64,000 nt of DNA from an uncultured virus (IMG/VR IMGVR_UViG_2916515220_000006). Lineage: Duplodnaviria > Heunggongvirae > Uroviricota > Caudoviricetes. The notes beneath the pieces are model-generated. The model saw only the letters and a list, made by a program, of their open reading frames with translations. It did not search any database and was not told where the DNA came from. A program made the translations under genes and the position numbers. Shown here one piece after another: positions 9,394 through 20,494 of the stretch. The DNA lies in the IMG/VR virus record IMGVR_UViG_2916515220_000006; one strand, written 5' to 3'. Position 1 is the stretch's first letter. Each line of letters begins with the position of its first letter.

Positions 9394-9606
9394 TCAGTCC
9401 CAAAGGCTGGTCAACGGCTTGGCCGTGCTGGTGGAAGGAATATCCGGCATGGTGATTTTCGTGCCGAGCGGAAGGACAGGACCGAGCGCAGCTAGACCCG
9501 GATTGGCATCAATAACGGCTTCGACCACTTTGGCCGTTCGCCCATAGAAAGCAAGGCAGGCGAGATCAACCGTCTCGCCCTGCCGTGTAGTGTAAATTGT
9601 CGCCAT
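9394..9606 (-). CDS. Tail protein X (P2 GpX, LysM-like)
   Basis: YTTRQGETVDL...ANPGLAALGPVLPLG signature. Confidence 0.9.
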   Translation of the reverse strand: MATIYTTRQGETVDLACLAFYGRTAKVVEAVIDANPGLAALGPVLPLGTKITMPDIPSTSTAKPLTSLWD

Positions 9607-9610
9607 AGGG

Positions 9611-10074
9611 TCACCGGAAAAGTTCGGAAAGGAAGGATGCGGCCCGATCCACCAGACCTCCCGCACTTGGCAGTGTGGCGGAGCCAGAGCGCTTGAGCGT
9701 GATGGAATAGGCGTTGCGCCCTGCCTCGCCCCGGCGGTTAATGTAACTGCGGTCCTCTTCGACGCTTTGGACCGTAAACGTACCTTGGATGACCCCTTGC
9801 GCCGCGTCACCGGTTACAAGCATCATCTCGGTTCCGGCCATGGACGCAGCGATAATACCGTCAAGCTGCGATTGCCCGCCGAATTCTTCGGGGAAAAGAA
9901 CCCCGAGATTGTAACTTCGTCGGAAGTGGGGCCGGTCCATTGCTGCTGGTTAAGAGTTTGGCCGACCGGAATTTCCACCCAAGGCGTATTCACCTTGCGC
10001 TTCACGCCTTGATATCCAAACCCTAGCCCCTCAAAGGCAAATCCGCCTAGCATCATTGATGTGTAACCAGACAT
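9611..10074 (-). CDS. Tail protein GpU (one-base frameshift at 9901-9904)
   Basis: MMLGGFAF...QWTGP (ORF 9823..10074) joins VLFPEEFGG (ORF 9611..9940) if one G is added. Confidence 0.8.
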
Positions 10075-10136
10075 AAAGACTCCGCGTGAGAATACGTGTA
10101 CCCGTTAAACGGGAGTTTAGGGGAAAGGGGTTTTCC

Positions 10137-10936
10137 GTGTGGCACTACAATTCGAACGGCAAACGAAACGGCCCGGTAGACGGAGCCACAATCATTGACC
10201 TTCACAAACGAGGCGAGATTTCAGACGACACGTTGCTTTGGAATCAACAACTCGGGAATCAATGGGCAAGATTCGACACGATTACAGAGTTCAAGAGTTC
10301 AAACGGGAGCGAGCCGCCCCGCTCCCTGCATCTGCTATCGGTGACCAATGGGCATTTTTGCTGGCGCTGACACCTTTGCTGGTAACTATCGTCGATGCGC
10401 TCATTCTAGACACCACAGGAAAGTCTATGGGCGGCGGCGTTGCGATAATTTCCTTCGTTCTTTATGTGATTTTCGTCACGCTCGACCTTCGTGTAATTGA
10501 GCTTGGCGGAAGAAAAAGACAGACGGGAACACTTGGCCCGTGGATTTTACTAACGCCAATCGCGTACAACCTAGTGCGGGATAGGCGGCTTCAAAAGTCC
10601 TATACATTGACCATCGCCTCTGTCGCCTCATTGGCGGCGACAATCGCGATCAGCAGCAGCTGGGTCGGATCAGACATCTATTTGGGCGCTGGAATTCCGG
10701 CCTGCGACTCCCGGACGTCGACTGCGCAAGTGAAAGAAATATTCCCGCGACTCCCGATGAACTTTAGCAAGATGAATGCACTCGCCGTCAACGAAGTAAA
10801 GGAGACGGCGAATGAGAACGCGAAGCGAACATGTACAGCAAAAGTTCTGGCAGATAATGGCGAGACGTATGGCGTCACCTTCACAATAGAAGAGAGAGAT
10901 GGGCAGTTCCTCTATTTCCTAATGCCGTCTGTCTAG
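10137..10936 (+). CDS. Moron membrane protein with N-terminal GYF_2/DUF4339-like domain (frameshift at 10317-10320)
   Basis: WHYNSNGKRNGPV...ISDDTLLWNQQLGNQW motif, a PPPLP linker, about 4 TM helices and a C-terminal CDS-motif periplasmic domain. Antisense to the tail operon, lower GC. Confidence 0.75.
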
Positions 10937-13081
10937 TCGCTAAACAGCCCTTCCGTGCCTGCCGCAATCTGGTTGCCGAGATCGGTAGCCGCAGCCGCGA
11001 CGGCTTCCTTGGAGTCGGCGACACCTGTTATTGTCGCGGTGGCATACACCGTGACATTCGGCGGCTGCGGGTTCACCACCCGGACATCCTGAGTAGCTGT
11101 CGGCCTAGTCATTTCCGAAAGAGACGCTGCATCAATCCTCACAGACTTGATACCGAGATCATCAGCGGTCTTGCCGGGGAGATTGTCGGTGCTTCCACCG
11201 AAGCCGTTAGCCCTTGCCGTCCTCGCCGCATCCAACGCAAATTGACTGGAGACCGATGGCGGCGCTGGATCGCTGGGAATAGATGAAAAAAACTTGCCGA
11301 TACTGTGAAGGGCATCCTCAACGCCCGGCAACCACGCCTTCCCTTGGCTGTATGGCGTATCGCCCGTATAGGCAGCTTTTCCTAGTTCGTACGCGCCAGC
11401 ACCAGCCCCACCGTAAATACCCATGCGGGCAAGGCCCAAGAGGATTGAGGACCATCCACCGGCAGCGCCGCCAGCGGCGGCGGCGGTTGCTGCGGTTGCT
11501 GCCCCGGTTCCAGCGGCAGCAGCGGGGGTACTTCCGCCGACAATAGCAGCGATGCCCCGGCGACTTTGAGCGCGCCGATCAGGGTGCTTGCACCAGACAA
11601 AACGAACAATGCCGCCGCGAGCTTGCGAATGGTGCCAGCCAACATGGAAATACCCATTCCCCACGCAAAAAGCTGGAAGCCATAACCGGACATTTCCGCA
11701 AAAAACTTGGCGATTGGATTATCCTTTATCGCATCGTTCAACTCGCGGATGGAAGCGCCCCATTCCTTCGCCCGCATGAAGATTGCGCCAATACGGTCGG
11801 CGGCATTCGGATCGACAGGACCAAGCAACAGGTCACCGAGATCGTTCATGAATTCCTTCATGCCGCCCGTATACCCGAAGCCCTGCGCAAACCCCTTCGT
11901 GAAATTCGTCATCTGGTCGAAGATCGTCACGCGGTTGCCGAGCGTGTCCAGCACCTCGCCAATACCCTGCGCGCCCTCGCGGATGGTCGGCAACATGCTG
12001 TCACCGATTTCCGCAAAGACATTGGAAATCTTGTTCCCGAGAAGGTCCAGAACGTTTTGCGTGGTGCTGGCGCGCTGGATGTACTCGTTGAACGCCGAGC
12101 CTGCATATTTCGTGCGGTCGGCGACGCTATCCAACGCTTGATCCAGCAGCTTGATATTGCCGACCAGCGGCATGAAGGCGCGGGCTTCGTCGCCGAAAAA
12201 TTCGGACAGCAAAGAAACCTGCTTATCCTTCGGCGCTTTCGCAATCGCCGTCAGCACCTTGCGCATGGTGCCTTTCGCGTCTTTCTGCATATCCTTGGCG
12301 ATGGACGGCAGGTGCAGCCCGAGCGCCTTGGCGGCGTCCCGCTGCGACTTCTGAGCAAACTCGCCTTTCGTCAGCCTGCGGATGACGTTCAACATGGCGG
12401 TTCCCGCCGTGCTGGCATCCGAACCGGCGGAGATCATGGCGCTACCCATGGCCGCAAGTTCTTCTTTTGCGAAGCCGCCCATTTCACCGAAGGAGCCGAC
12501 CCGCAACATGAATTCGGTCACGTCCTTTGCCTTGGACGCCATGTTGTTCGACAGGTGGTTGATGGCATCGGCCATGTCGCCGGTTTCGGCCACTGTCAAA
12601 CCAAGCTGCGTTTTCAGCTTGGCAAGGCTTTCGCCCGCCTGCCCGCCCCGAGATCGAAGGCGATGCCGACACGCGCGGCCATTTCTGCAAAGCTCTGCAA
12701 GTCTTCGGTCGCAATGCCGCTTTCGCCAGCAGCAGCGAATAGAGCGGCAATATCGTTTGCAGCCAGCGGGATTTCGCCGGACATGCGCCGGATGCTGCGG
12801 CGCATGTTTTCAAACTGTTCGTCATTGGCTTCGACAACCTTTTTCACGTCCGCAAATGCAGACTCAAAACTGATGGCCGCGCCCGCCGTAGCCTCGAAAC
12901 CACGCGTGACGCCGAAGTAACCAGCGCCGAGTGCGACAGCCTGCCCGATCAAACCGCGCATGGGTGCGAAGGCAGAAACAGATTGCGCCCGCAGGCCGTC
13001 CAGCGACCGCGTGATGTGCTTCGCGCGGGCCGACACATCGTCAAGAAGGGAGACGCGAAGGGTGCTTTGCTGGACGGCCAT
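10933..13081 (-). CDS. Tape measure protein (TP901-core type), split by two one-base frameshifts
   Basis: AISFESAFADVKKVV and LFAAAGESG motifs. ORFs 12614..13153, 11382..12599 and 10933..11664 join if one G is restored at ~12642-12649 and one at 11555-11558. Confidence 0.85.
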
Positions 13082-13083
13082 GG

Positions 13084-13475
13084 TCATTCTCTCATGATTT
13101 TTCGGTACTCCTTGCAGGTATCGAAATATGCAAGGAGCTTTCGGGCGGGCCATCGCTCAATGACATCGAGCGATGTTTTCGCAGTATCGGCAACGTAGAC
13201 GGCGACTATTCGCCAGTCGTGTTCGTCGGGTCGTTTCCCAACAGCGGTTTCGTCTTGGCGACGATGTTCTTAAAGTCGCCGCCCTTGATCTTCTTAAAGG
13301 CAGGCAGAGGCACATCAGAAATGAGGGCCAGCAGCGCGACCATCTGGCCGATGCCAGGAGAAGAGCTATCCGCTAACAGGAGGTCGCCGACTTCCGGTTC
13401 ACGGAACGTCAGTTCGGAATAGGTTTCGCCATCATGCTCCACCGGCTTGGCAAGCGTTACATTTACGGAATCCAT
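13084..13475 (-). CDS. Tail assembly chaperone G (13206-13475) and its -1 frameshift extension GT (to 13084)
   Basis: LTFREPEVGDL chaperone. G GGA AAC slippery heptamer at 13233-13239; the -1 frame stays open to TGA at 13084, next to the TMP start. Confidence 0.8.
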
Positions 13476-13549
13476 GGTATCACCTGAAAAAATGGCCCGC
13501 AGAACGCGGGCCGGATTAGAAGGAATTGGGGGAGAAAGAGCGCCAGCCG

Positions 13550-14062
13550 TTACAGCAGCAAAGCGTTGCGGATATCGCCGAACTGCGAGACGCCGCCGAC
13601 CTTGAAATCAAAATCGTCCATCTCGTAGATTTGCTCGCCATCGATTTCGAGCTTGTAATAGTTCACGTCCACGCCGTAGTCGTTTTCGGAAAGCTCGCCC
13701 GGCTTCCACGTCCCGGCGTCCGGCTTGAAGACCCTGCCGCGAATGGTCATCACCGCGCTATGCGTGGTGCCGTCTTCGTCCACCAGCGCCCCGGTGATCA
13801 TGAAGGGCGTTTCCTCGCCGATCTTGATGCCGTGCAGCTTCAAAATCTGCGGGTCCACGCCCGGCATCTTGAAGCTGAATTCCAGCGCGTTGTAACCGAG
13901 ATGGACCTTGCGGGCCTTGATCATACCGGCGTTGCGCACATCCTCGCGGACGGCTTCGGGAACCGGCGGGGTGATATCGCCGATCTGCCCAAGCTTGCTT
14001 TGACGGTCCGCCCACAGCATGCAGTTCCGCAGAATGTAGGCGGGGAGAGTTTTTTGCGCCAT
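13550..14062 (-). CDS. Major tail tube protein (P2 FII-like)
   Basis: QIGDITPP, RNAGM and YYKLEIDGEQIYEMD motifs; follows the sheath gene. Confidence 0.9.
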   Translation of the reverse strand: MAQKTLPAYILRNCMLWADRQSKLGQIGDITPPVPEAVREDVRNAGMIKARKVHLGYNALEFSFKMPGVDPQILKLHGIKIGEETPFMITGALVDEDGTTHSAVMTIRGRVFKPDAGTWKPGELSENDYGVDVNYYKLEIDGEQIYEMDDFDFKVGGVSQFGDIRNALLL

Positions 14063-14074
14063 GTGAAAAGCTCC

Positions 14075-15538
14075 TTACGCGGCGACCGAGAGCGCGCCGA
14101 TTTCGATTGCCCCGTTCACCTCGTCAATCAGCAACTGATAGCGGACGATGTTGCGGTGGGTGGTGATGTGGATTTGCTCCATGAGGCCAACCGGCTCGAA
14201 TTCGACCCCAAGCAGGGTCTTGCCGTTGACCATCAAGGTCGGATCGTTCTGGTCGGACAGCCAGACGCTACCGCCAAGGATATCTTCGTTCTTCGCGAAG
14301 ACACGCATTGCGGCGTTACCGTCTTCGATAAGCATCTTGAAATTGCCCTTCGTGGTCTTGCGATCCACGTAGAGGAAATAGAGGTCTTCAAGAGACTCAT
14401 TGATCATGTCGGCGGTCGCGCGCACGCTATCGAATTGCCACAGCGGATCATCAATCGCGAGACGGCTACCCCACGTCCTGAAACCGCCGCGCTCATTGAT
14501 GATCGTGGCGACCTGATTTTCGTTCAGGTAATTGCTGTCATCGGGATAGGAGATCGTCCGCGCCACGCCGTCGATGGTGCTGATGATCTTGTTCGACACC
14601 GAACCGGAGAATCCTTCCGCAGATGCCACGACACGGGCGCGGACGCCAGCGAAGACAGCCGCAACAGGCTTCGTCACCGGCACGCCGTTGACGTTCTTGA
14701 TCACCTTCGGATCGATGATGAGGATGCGCCCGCCATTGACCGTCTGGCGGAAGCGTACGGCTTCTGCGTCGGTCGTGTTCGGCCCGGAGATATAGGCGCG
14801 GGCGCGGATTTTCGGGGTGATGGCATTCAGCGCCGAAACGAAGGGGTTCGCCACGTCGCCGACATTGGCCGTGGCGGTCGGCAGCACCTTACCAGCGTCC
14901 GCCCCGCCGCCCGTGAAGGTCAGGACAGGCGGCTCCGACATTTTCTTGCCGGGCGTGACGACCTTGACCGAAACAACCTTGTCGGCGTCGGCCCCGGTCC
15001 CCATCACGGCTTCCAGCGTCGGCAACGTCTTGCCGGGATCATTGCCGCCGCCCGTCGCCGTAACGACCGGCGCTTCGGTCAGGTTATCGCCCTGCGAAGT
15101 CAGCGCCACCGAAACAACGCCGTCTTCGATCCACGCGCCAGTATCTCCGGCGGTGATAATCACACGCGGCTGATAGCCGGTCAGAGCCTTGGCGCGGAGT
15201 GCGGCATAAAGGCCGGTCCGGGCCACAGGGTCACCGATGAGATTATTTTGCAGCGTGGCCGCATCTGCGCTGTCGGGAACGCGGTTGACGATGCACCAAG
15301 AACCGCCTTCGTTGAAAATGGTGGTGACATCCTCCAGCAGCGTGCCAGCAGCGCCGAGCGCCACCGCCTGCGGCAAAGACCGGATGATAGTCGGATAGTT
15401 AAGGGGAAAGGCGGCAGGGTCCGCGTCGGGCGCGATGCCGTTGACGAAGGTAATGCCGCTGCGAGTCACGCGTGCGATTGCCGGGGTGTCGGTGCTTTCG
15501 ACAAGCTTGACGCCATGATGATAGGACAGGTCAACCAT
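14075..15538 (-). CDS. Tail sheath protein (P2 FI-like)
   Basis: YHHGVKLVE N-terminus; SVSNK, GFRTWGSR and WQFDSVRATADMI motifs. Confidence 0.92.
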   Translation of the reverse strand: MVDLSYHHGVKLVESTDTPAIARVTRSGITFVNGIAPDADPAAFPLNYPTIIRSLPQAVALGAAGTLLEDVTTIFNEGGSWCIVNRVPDSADAATLQNNLIGDPVARTGLYAALRAKALTGYQPRVIITAGDTGAWIEDGVVSVALTSQGDNLTEAPVVTATGGGNDPGKTLPTLEAVMGTGADADKVVSVKVVTPGKKMSEPPVLTFTGGGADAGKVLPTATANVGDVANPFVSALNAITPKIRARAYISGPNTTDAEAVRFRQTVNGGRILIIDPKVIKNVNGVPVTKPVAAVFAGVRARVVASAEGFSGSVSNKIISTIDGVARTISYPDDSNYLNENQVATIINERGGFRTWGSRLAIDDPLWQFDSVRATADMINESLEDLYFLYVDRKTTKGNFKMLIEDGNAAMRVFAKNEDILGGSVWLSDQNDPTLMVNGKTLLGVEFEPVGLMEQIHITTHRNIVRYQLLIDEVNGAIEIGALSVAA

Positions 15539-15654
15539 TCGGCTGGTCTCCGTTAAAGGTTCCAAAATTTGAAGGAAGGGTTCCGGCTCAAGCCGGGGAA
15601 TTTGGAAGCGCCACGCCGTATGGGGCGAGGCGAACTGTCAAGAATTTAGAGGCG

Positions 15655-16227
15655 TTAGGGCCAGTAAGCCGGGTTCGTGGCGAAATCCGCAGGGATCGGG
15701 GCCATGTCCTTCAATGTAAAATACGCCTGATAGATAGGCTGGCGATGCGCTCCAGCAGCAAGAAGGATTAGCTGCCATTCGGCTGCTGTAACAAACACTG
15801 GGCCAGTTTCCGTCTTGATGCCGATCCGCCCACCCGGCTGCCCCATATTGATGTATGCCTGTGAAAGAGGGGTGACCTCTTCCGTCCACCGCTTCATGTC
15901 CTGTGGTGTGGTGCCGAAATGATGGGTGCCGCGCTCATCACCGAAATTGTAGTCGAAACCAAGAGCGAGCCGCCGATCCAGTTCCGCTGAAACCATTGTT
16001 ACAGACACGACAGGTTCTTCGGTAGGCGGTGTCTCGTCCTCGCCTTCAGGTGAATAACCCCATGCACCATCTACAAAGCGACGGACAAAACCTTCGCGTT
16101 CGTCAGGAGGGGGAATGATGGTGGAAAACGCAGGCGCCAGATGCGCTCCGCTATTCAGTGGGTCAGGGTCGGCAGCAGACACGCCCAGATATTCACCCCC
16201 ATCAGGATGGTAGTTATAAATATCCAT
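15655..16227 (-). CDS. Tail fibre assembly protein
   Basis: IYNYHPDGGEYLG...PAFSTIIPPP Tfa-like N-terminus; YWP C-terminus. Confidence 0.75.
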   Translation of the reverse strand: MDIYNYHPDGGEYLGVSAADPDPLNSGAHLAPAFSTIIPPPDEREGFVRRFVDGAWGYSPEGEDETPPTEEPVVSVTMVSAELDRRLALGFDYNFGDERGTHHFGTTPQDMKRWTEEVTPLSQAYINMGQPGGRIGIKTETGPVFVTAAEWQLILLAAGAHRQPIYQAYFTLKDMAPIPADFATNPAYWP

Positions 16228-16235
16228 GTTCCACC

Positions 16236-17381
16236 TCAAAACTTTATGACGGCGTTGAAAGCAACGTTCCGAGATCGGGCTTCCGTACCGCCGCTCGCCA
16301 AGATCGTGATACCCACGGTGTTCTTTCTGACGCGGTAGGTTTTAAAATCGGAGATACCTTGCCCATATTCCCGCATTTGCGAGCCGGAACCTTGCGATAT
16401 GTCAGTTGGCAAATCGTGGTCATGTCCGGGGTCAGTGTAAGGGTGGGCGTGAGATTTATTGTCGCTATCCTGCCAAGAGCCAAAACCACGACCACTATCG
16501 ACGCCGCGCCCATCGTCCCACGCGCGGTCGAACTCACCGCGATTATCCGGCAACTTGAAGGTGCCGTTGCCATTATCGGCGAATACGAACGGACCCGCCG
16601 TCCAAGTTCCAAGCGCGACAACACGTCCATTGTGTAGCGCCCAATTCCAAAGGGCGGCATAGGATGCCTTGGAGAGAGACGCCCCATTACGCTTGACGTA
16701 GCCCGCCCGCGCCGCCGGTTGTCCGTCCTTGTCGGGATGCCCTACCATTTGTGAGGCGTAGCCTTCGTAAGCCGCGCCATTGGCGTTGAAAACCTGCCAC
16801 GTCATGATTGAGCAGTAATCGGCGTGCCAGATAGGCCCAATGTTTTCAGAGGGCAGCGCCGCGCCACTCTGGAAAAACGGTACGCGAGCCTCAATGGCGG
16901 ACTTTTGCGCGGTGCTGACAGGTTTGTCTGCATCAGCGGTATTATTGACCTTATCAAGCCCAACATCAGCTTTCGCAAGCTCGACATCGGCAGACAGTTC
17001 CTTGCCATTGACTTTGCGGCTCGTCGGCACCTTGCCCAAAAGACCTTCAGACAATGCCTGCGCCGTCGCATAATAGGCCGGAAGCTGGTTCCCGAACTTG
17101 AGAGCGTTCGGAGCCGATCCACCTATGATGATCTGGTCAATCTGCTGCTGCGCCAGATCGATTGAGGTTTGCAGATTGGCAATCTGCGGCGCGACGTTGA
17201 CCTGAATGTAATCAAGCGATGCCTGAATGCCTTGGGCTTCCAGGCTTTCGAACGATGCTTCCAGTTCTTCGCGGTCCACAAGCCGAGCATGAATGTCGGC
17301 CATCGTGGAATTCCACAATGGTCGGTCAATCAGCGTCTTCGGCCAGGACGGAAGCTGATATCCGTCAGACCTCTCTGGCAT
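16236..17381 (-). CDS. Tail fibre/collar-domain protein
   Basis: Collar motif TFKLPDNRGEFDRAWDDGRGVDSGRGFGSWQ, HxH pairs, and EARSRNVAFNAVIKF C-terminus. Confidence 0.85.
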   Translation of the reverse strand: MPERSDGYQLPSWPKTLIDRPLWNSTMADIHARLVDREELEASFESLEAQGIQASLDYIQVNVAPQIANLQTSIDLAQQQIDQIIIGGSAPNALKFGNQLPAYYATAQALSEGLLGKVPTSRKVNGKELSADVELAKADVGLDKVNNTADADKPVSTAQKSAIEARVPFFQSGAALPSENIGPIWHADYCSIMTWQVFNANGAAYEGYASQMVGHPDKDGQPAARAGYVKRNGASLSKASYAALWNWALHNGRVVALGTWTAGPFVFADNGNGTFKLPDNRGEFDRAWDDGRGVDSGRGFGSWQDSDNKSHAHPYTDPGHDHDLPTDISQGSGSQMREYGQGISDFKTYRVRKNTVGITILASGGTEARSRNVAFNAVIKF

Positions 17382-17538
17382 AATCAAGCACCTCGTCGCC
17401 TTCCTGCTCAATGATCGCAGCCACCAGCGATCCGCGCATGTTGATTTCGTTCAACGGGTAGAATGTGAAACGCCCACGTTTAACGATGCGAGAGAGTTTC
17501 ACATCATAGGATTTCTCCGGGTCGATCTTGAAAGCCAT
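17365..17538 (-). CDS. Small hypothetical tail-region protein (57 aa, not in ORF track)
   Basis: MAFKIDPEKSYDVKLSRIVKRGRFTFYPLNEINMRGSLVAAIIEQEGDEVLDYAREV, with GAGG RBS; fills the gap between tail genes. Confidence 0.65.
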   Translation of the reverse strand: MAFKIDPEKSYDVKLSRIVKRGRFTFYPLNEINMRGSLVAAIIEQEGDEVLDYAREV

Positions 17539-17546
17539 GGGAACCT

Positions 17547-19816
17547 CTAAAGTGCCGCAATGAAGGCGTCCTGCACGAACGGCACGGACACGACATTATT
17601 GGTGGTGGCCGCAGGGCGCATGCGGGCGGCAGTCGCCGACGCGCCGAGCGTATAGGTGGAAAGATAGGTCCGGCGCGCAGGCATCTGCGGGTCAACCGTG
17701 ATTTCGGTGGTGTCCGGGTTGACAACCGTGTTTCCGACCATGATGGCGGGCGTGAAGGTGTGCCGGTCGGGATCGAAGGAATCCAGCGTGTATTGCGTCT
17801 GGATGCTTGTGGTGGCGAAGCCGAACGCAAAACTGTCACTGACCGCCCGCATACTGTTGCGATTGCGGGCAACGCGGGAAATCGCTTTCTGGTCAAGCTG
17901 GATCATTGGCTGCAAATCAGCCGTCCCCATCATGACCATGCGCAACTCCACGGAAGCGGGAAGACCTACAAGCGGGTTCGTCGCCGGGTCGCCGTCATCC
18001 AGTTCCGTCCAGACAGTGGAACCGGAAGGCCGGATTTCCCAACCGAGCGTGCAGCCACCCGGCACCCACCCGGCAAACAGCATGTCGATCTGCGTCATGC
18101 CGTCCGCGAGGTTCAAAGCCTGCATCGGAATGACCGTGCGCGGGCTGCGATAACGGGCAGCATTCAGCCGGAAGCAGATATCCGTTTCCGTCGACCCCTG
18201 CGCAAATGCGCCATCTGTCGTCAGGAACTGCGTGCCGCCCGTATACTTGTTCGACCCGGAAATATGCAGCGCATGCGCGCCGGTCGTTACCGTGACGAAA
18301 GCGTAGCGCTTTCCGCTTTCCAGCAGCGTGATGGGCAATTCCGCCCGGTTCCAGCCGACCATAAGATTGGCATGGTCCAGTTTGCCCTGCGCAAGCACCG
18401 CATCAAAACGCGGCATGCCGCCGGTCGTGGTTTCCACGATGAAGATATGTACATCGCCATCAGCACCGACACGGGCAAATGACAGGTCAAGACTTGTGAC
18501 CTGCATAGGCTGCGCCACGAGGAAGGATTGGCCGTAGATCGAGCCGCTGATACCAACCTCTTCTGTCACGTATTCCCAATAAGGTTCGCTATAAGACTCG
18601 TACCGAACCTGCCGGACGCCGTAAGTTTGATGGCCGGGACCGCCGTTCGCACCGACATAGACCACTTCGAACGTCTCGCCGCCGACATTGAACATCTGCC
18701 CAACGCGAGCATCGCCACCGAGACCCGACCATCCCGCAACATTTTCGCACGCCCATTGCGTCGGACCATAGGTGATGCGAATACGGGACGCTTCCTTTCG
18801 GACAAGCGTGGTTTCCGTGTGCACCAACTGCGAAATATTTAGCGTCGCATCCAGCGAAGTGTTTGCAATGCGCGTCACCTCATCAAAGGCAGGCACCATG
18901 CGGCGACCACGAAAAGCAATCTTCGGATCGTCTTCTGCCTGCACTTCAAGGCGGGCCTGCCCTTCGGCGGCGAAGCCGAACCGAATACCCTCTTCGATCC
19001 GCGCGAGCCAGTCCACATGCGCCATGTCCCAACGGTCGGGGATAAGGCCGTCATCGAACACATAGGCGCGCGCCTCATCCGGCAGATCGACTTTCAGGCG
19101 GGCAGCGCCGATATCGCGTTGCATCTGGCGAATAATGACCGGACGCGGGATTTCGGTAAGCTTGCCCTGAATATTGACGATCTGCGTTTCAATCGTCTCG
19201 GTCCTCATGAACAGGCCGTCCAGATCGACTTCCAGCGCCGTAACGCGACCCTCCACTTCGTAGAGGGTTTTCACCCGGTCGCTATTGCCCGGCTCGATGG
19301 CATTGGCATCAATCCCGAAGAGGTCAGCAGCACGAAGGCAATGCATGCGTCCGTTGACGCCACCACCGGCTTGACCGGAACCGGGTTTGCTTCGCCTGCC
19401 GGCACGATCAATTCGACAACCCGGCGGATTGTCTTGGGCGTGCTCCGGTTGACGATAACACTGGTTTCAGGATCATCGGAGGTTTCGAAGGGGCGCGTTG
19501 CCGTGTCGGTCACTTCCTTGCCGCGCAGCAGGATGGCAACCCAACGCTGGTCGGAAGCTGCCGCAGGGATATGAATCTGGAGGTTCATATCGTTCGGCGC
19601 TTCCTGCGCATAAACGATTTCCCCGGCGACATAGCGGCCTGCCGACACCGTGATTTCCTGCGCCGATTTCCGCGCCACCGTGAAGGCGGCCCAATGGGCG
19701 GGATAGCCGATGGCATCCAGCCAGAGGCCGTCCGTCGCGGCCTGCGCCTGCAAACCGATGGCTTCGAAATCCGCGTGATCGGCGATTTCAGCTTCTGCAA
19801 AGGAAGTGCGCTGCAT
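17547..19816 (-). CDS. Large baseplate/tail structural protein (frameshift at 19314-19316)
   Basis: ORFs 19271..19816 and 17547..19346 join if one G is added; lies between gpI and the tail fibre. Confidence 0.7.
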
Positions 19817-19828
19817 GTGTCGTTACCC

Positions 19829-20494
19829 TCAATCCAGCCGCTTGCGATCCATGTAACCGCCGATGGCATGGCTTCCGTCGATGAAAATAATGTCGTTAAA
19901 GGTGATGCCGCGCCGCCATGCGAAGGACACGGAATAAAGCGTGTCCGGCGTCTTGGCTGTGACCATTGCGCGCTTGGCGCGGCGGATGGGTTCGAGATCG
20001 ATGGCCGTCATCGCCGCCCGCCCGAAGGCGCTACGGCCAATCTGAAAAAGGTTCTTCGGCGCGGTCAGCGTGACGCGGACAAGATAATGCGCAACGAACG
20101 GCTGATGCGCTATCGGCGTTCGGCCAATCACCGCCCGCCCGAAGGTGAAGCGGTTCGGATGCGCGATGCGGTCCACGATTTCCGCATCGACAAACGCAAG
20201 ATAGCGTTTCAGCCCGGCAAGTGTGCCTTTCAGCGCGCCCAAGGGAGACGCGGGATAGAGCGTCGAAACCCCGGCGCACTGCGCAATCATTTCCCGCTTG
20301 CGCTCTTCGGTCCAATCATCAAACCAGAGATCGACCGAATGATGCACGGCCAGCCACGGCAGAAACCGTGCGGGCGTCTGGTAGGGGTCCATCAGAACCG
20401 CGTAAGGTATCGGCAGATCATCCGACATACCGGCGGCAAGCGCCTTTTCGAACGGCTCAGCCGATGACGGCAGCAACACACCTACATCGCTCAT
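19829..20494 (-). CDS. Baseplate/tail protein I (P2 gpI-like)
   Basis: LLPSSAEPFEKAL, FLPWLAVHHSVDLW and KGTLAGLKRYL motifs. Confidence 0.88.
   Translation of the reverse strand: MSDVGVLLPSSAEPFEKALAAGMSDDLPIPYAVLMDPYQTPARFLPWLAVHHSVDLWFDDWTEERKREMIAQCAGVSTLYPASPLGALKGTLAGLKRYLAFVDAEIVDRIAHPNRFTFGRAVIGRTPIAHQPFVAHYLVRVTLTAPKNLFQIGRSAFGRAAMTAIDLEPIRRAKRAMVTAKTPDTLYSVSFAWRRGITFNDIIFIDGSHAIGGYMDRKRLD

Noticed and set aside
15655..17381. Diversity-generating retroelement or invertible tail-fibre cassette
   Set aside because: No reverse transcriptase, invertase, duplicated TR/VR or inverted crossover sites found. The two prophages' fibre tips share only a generic HxH-type C-terminal motif.
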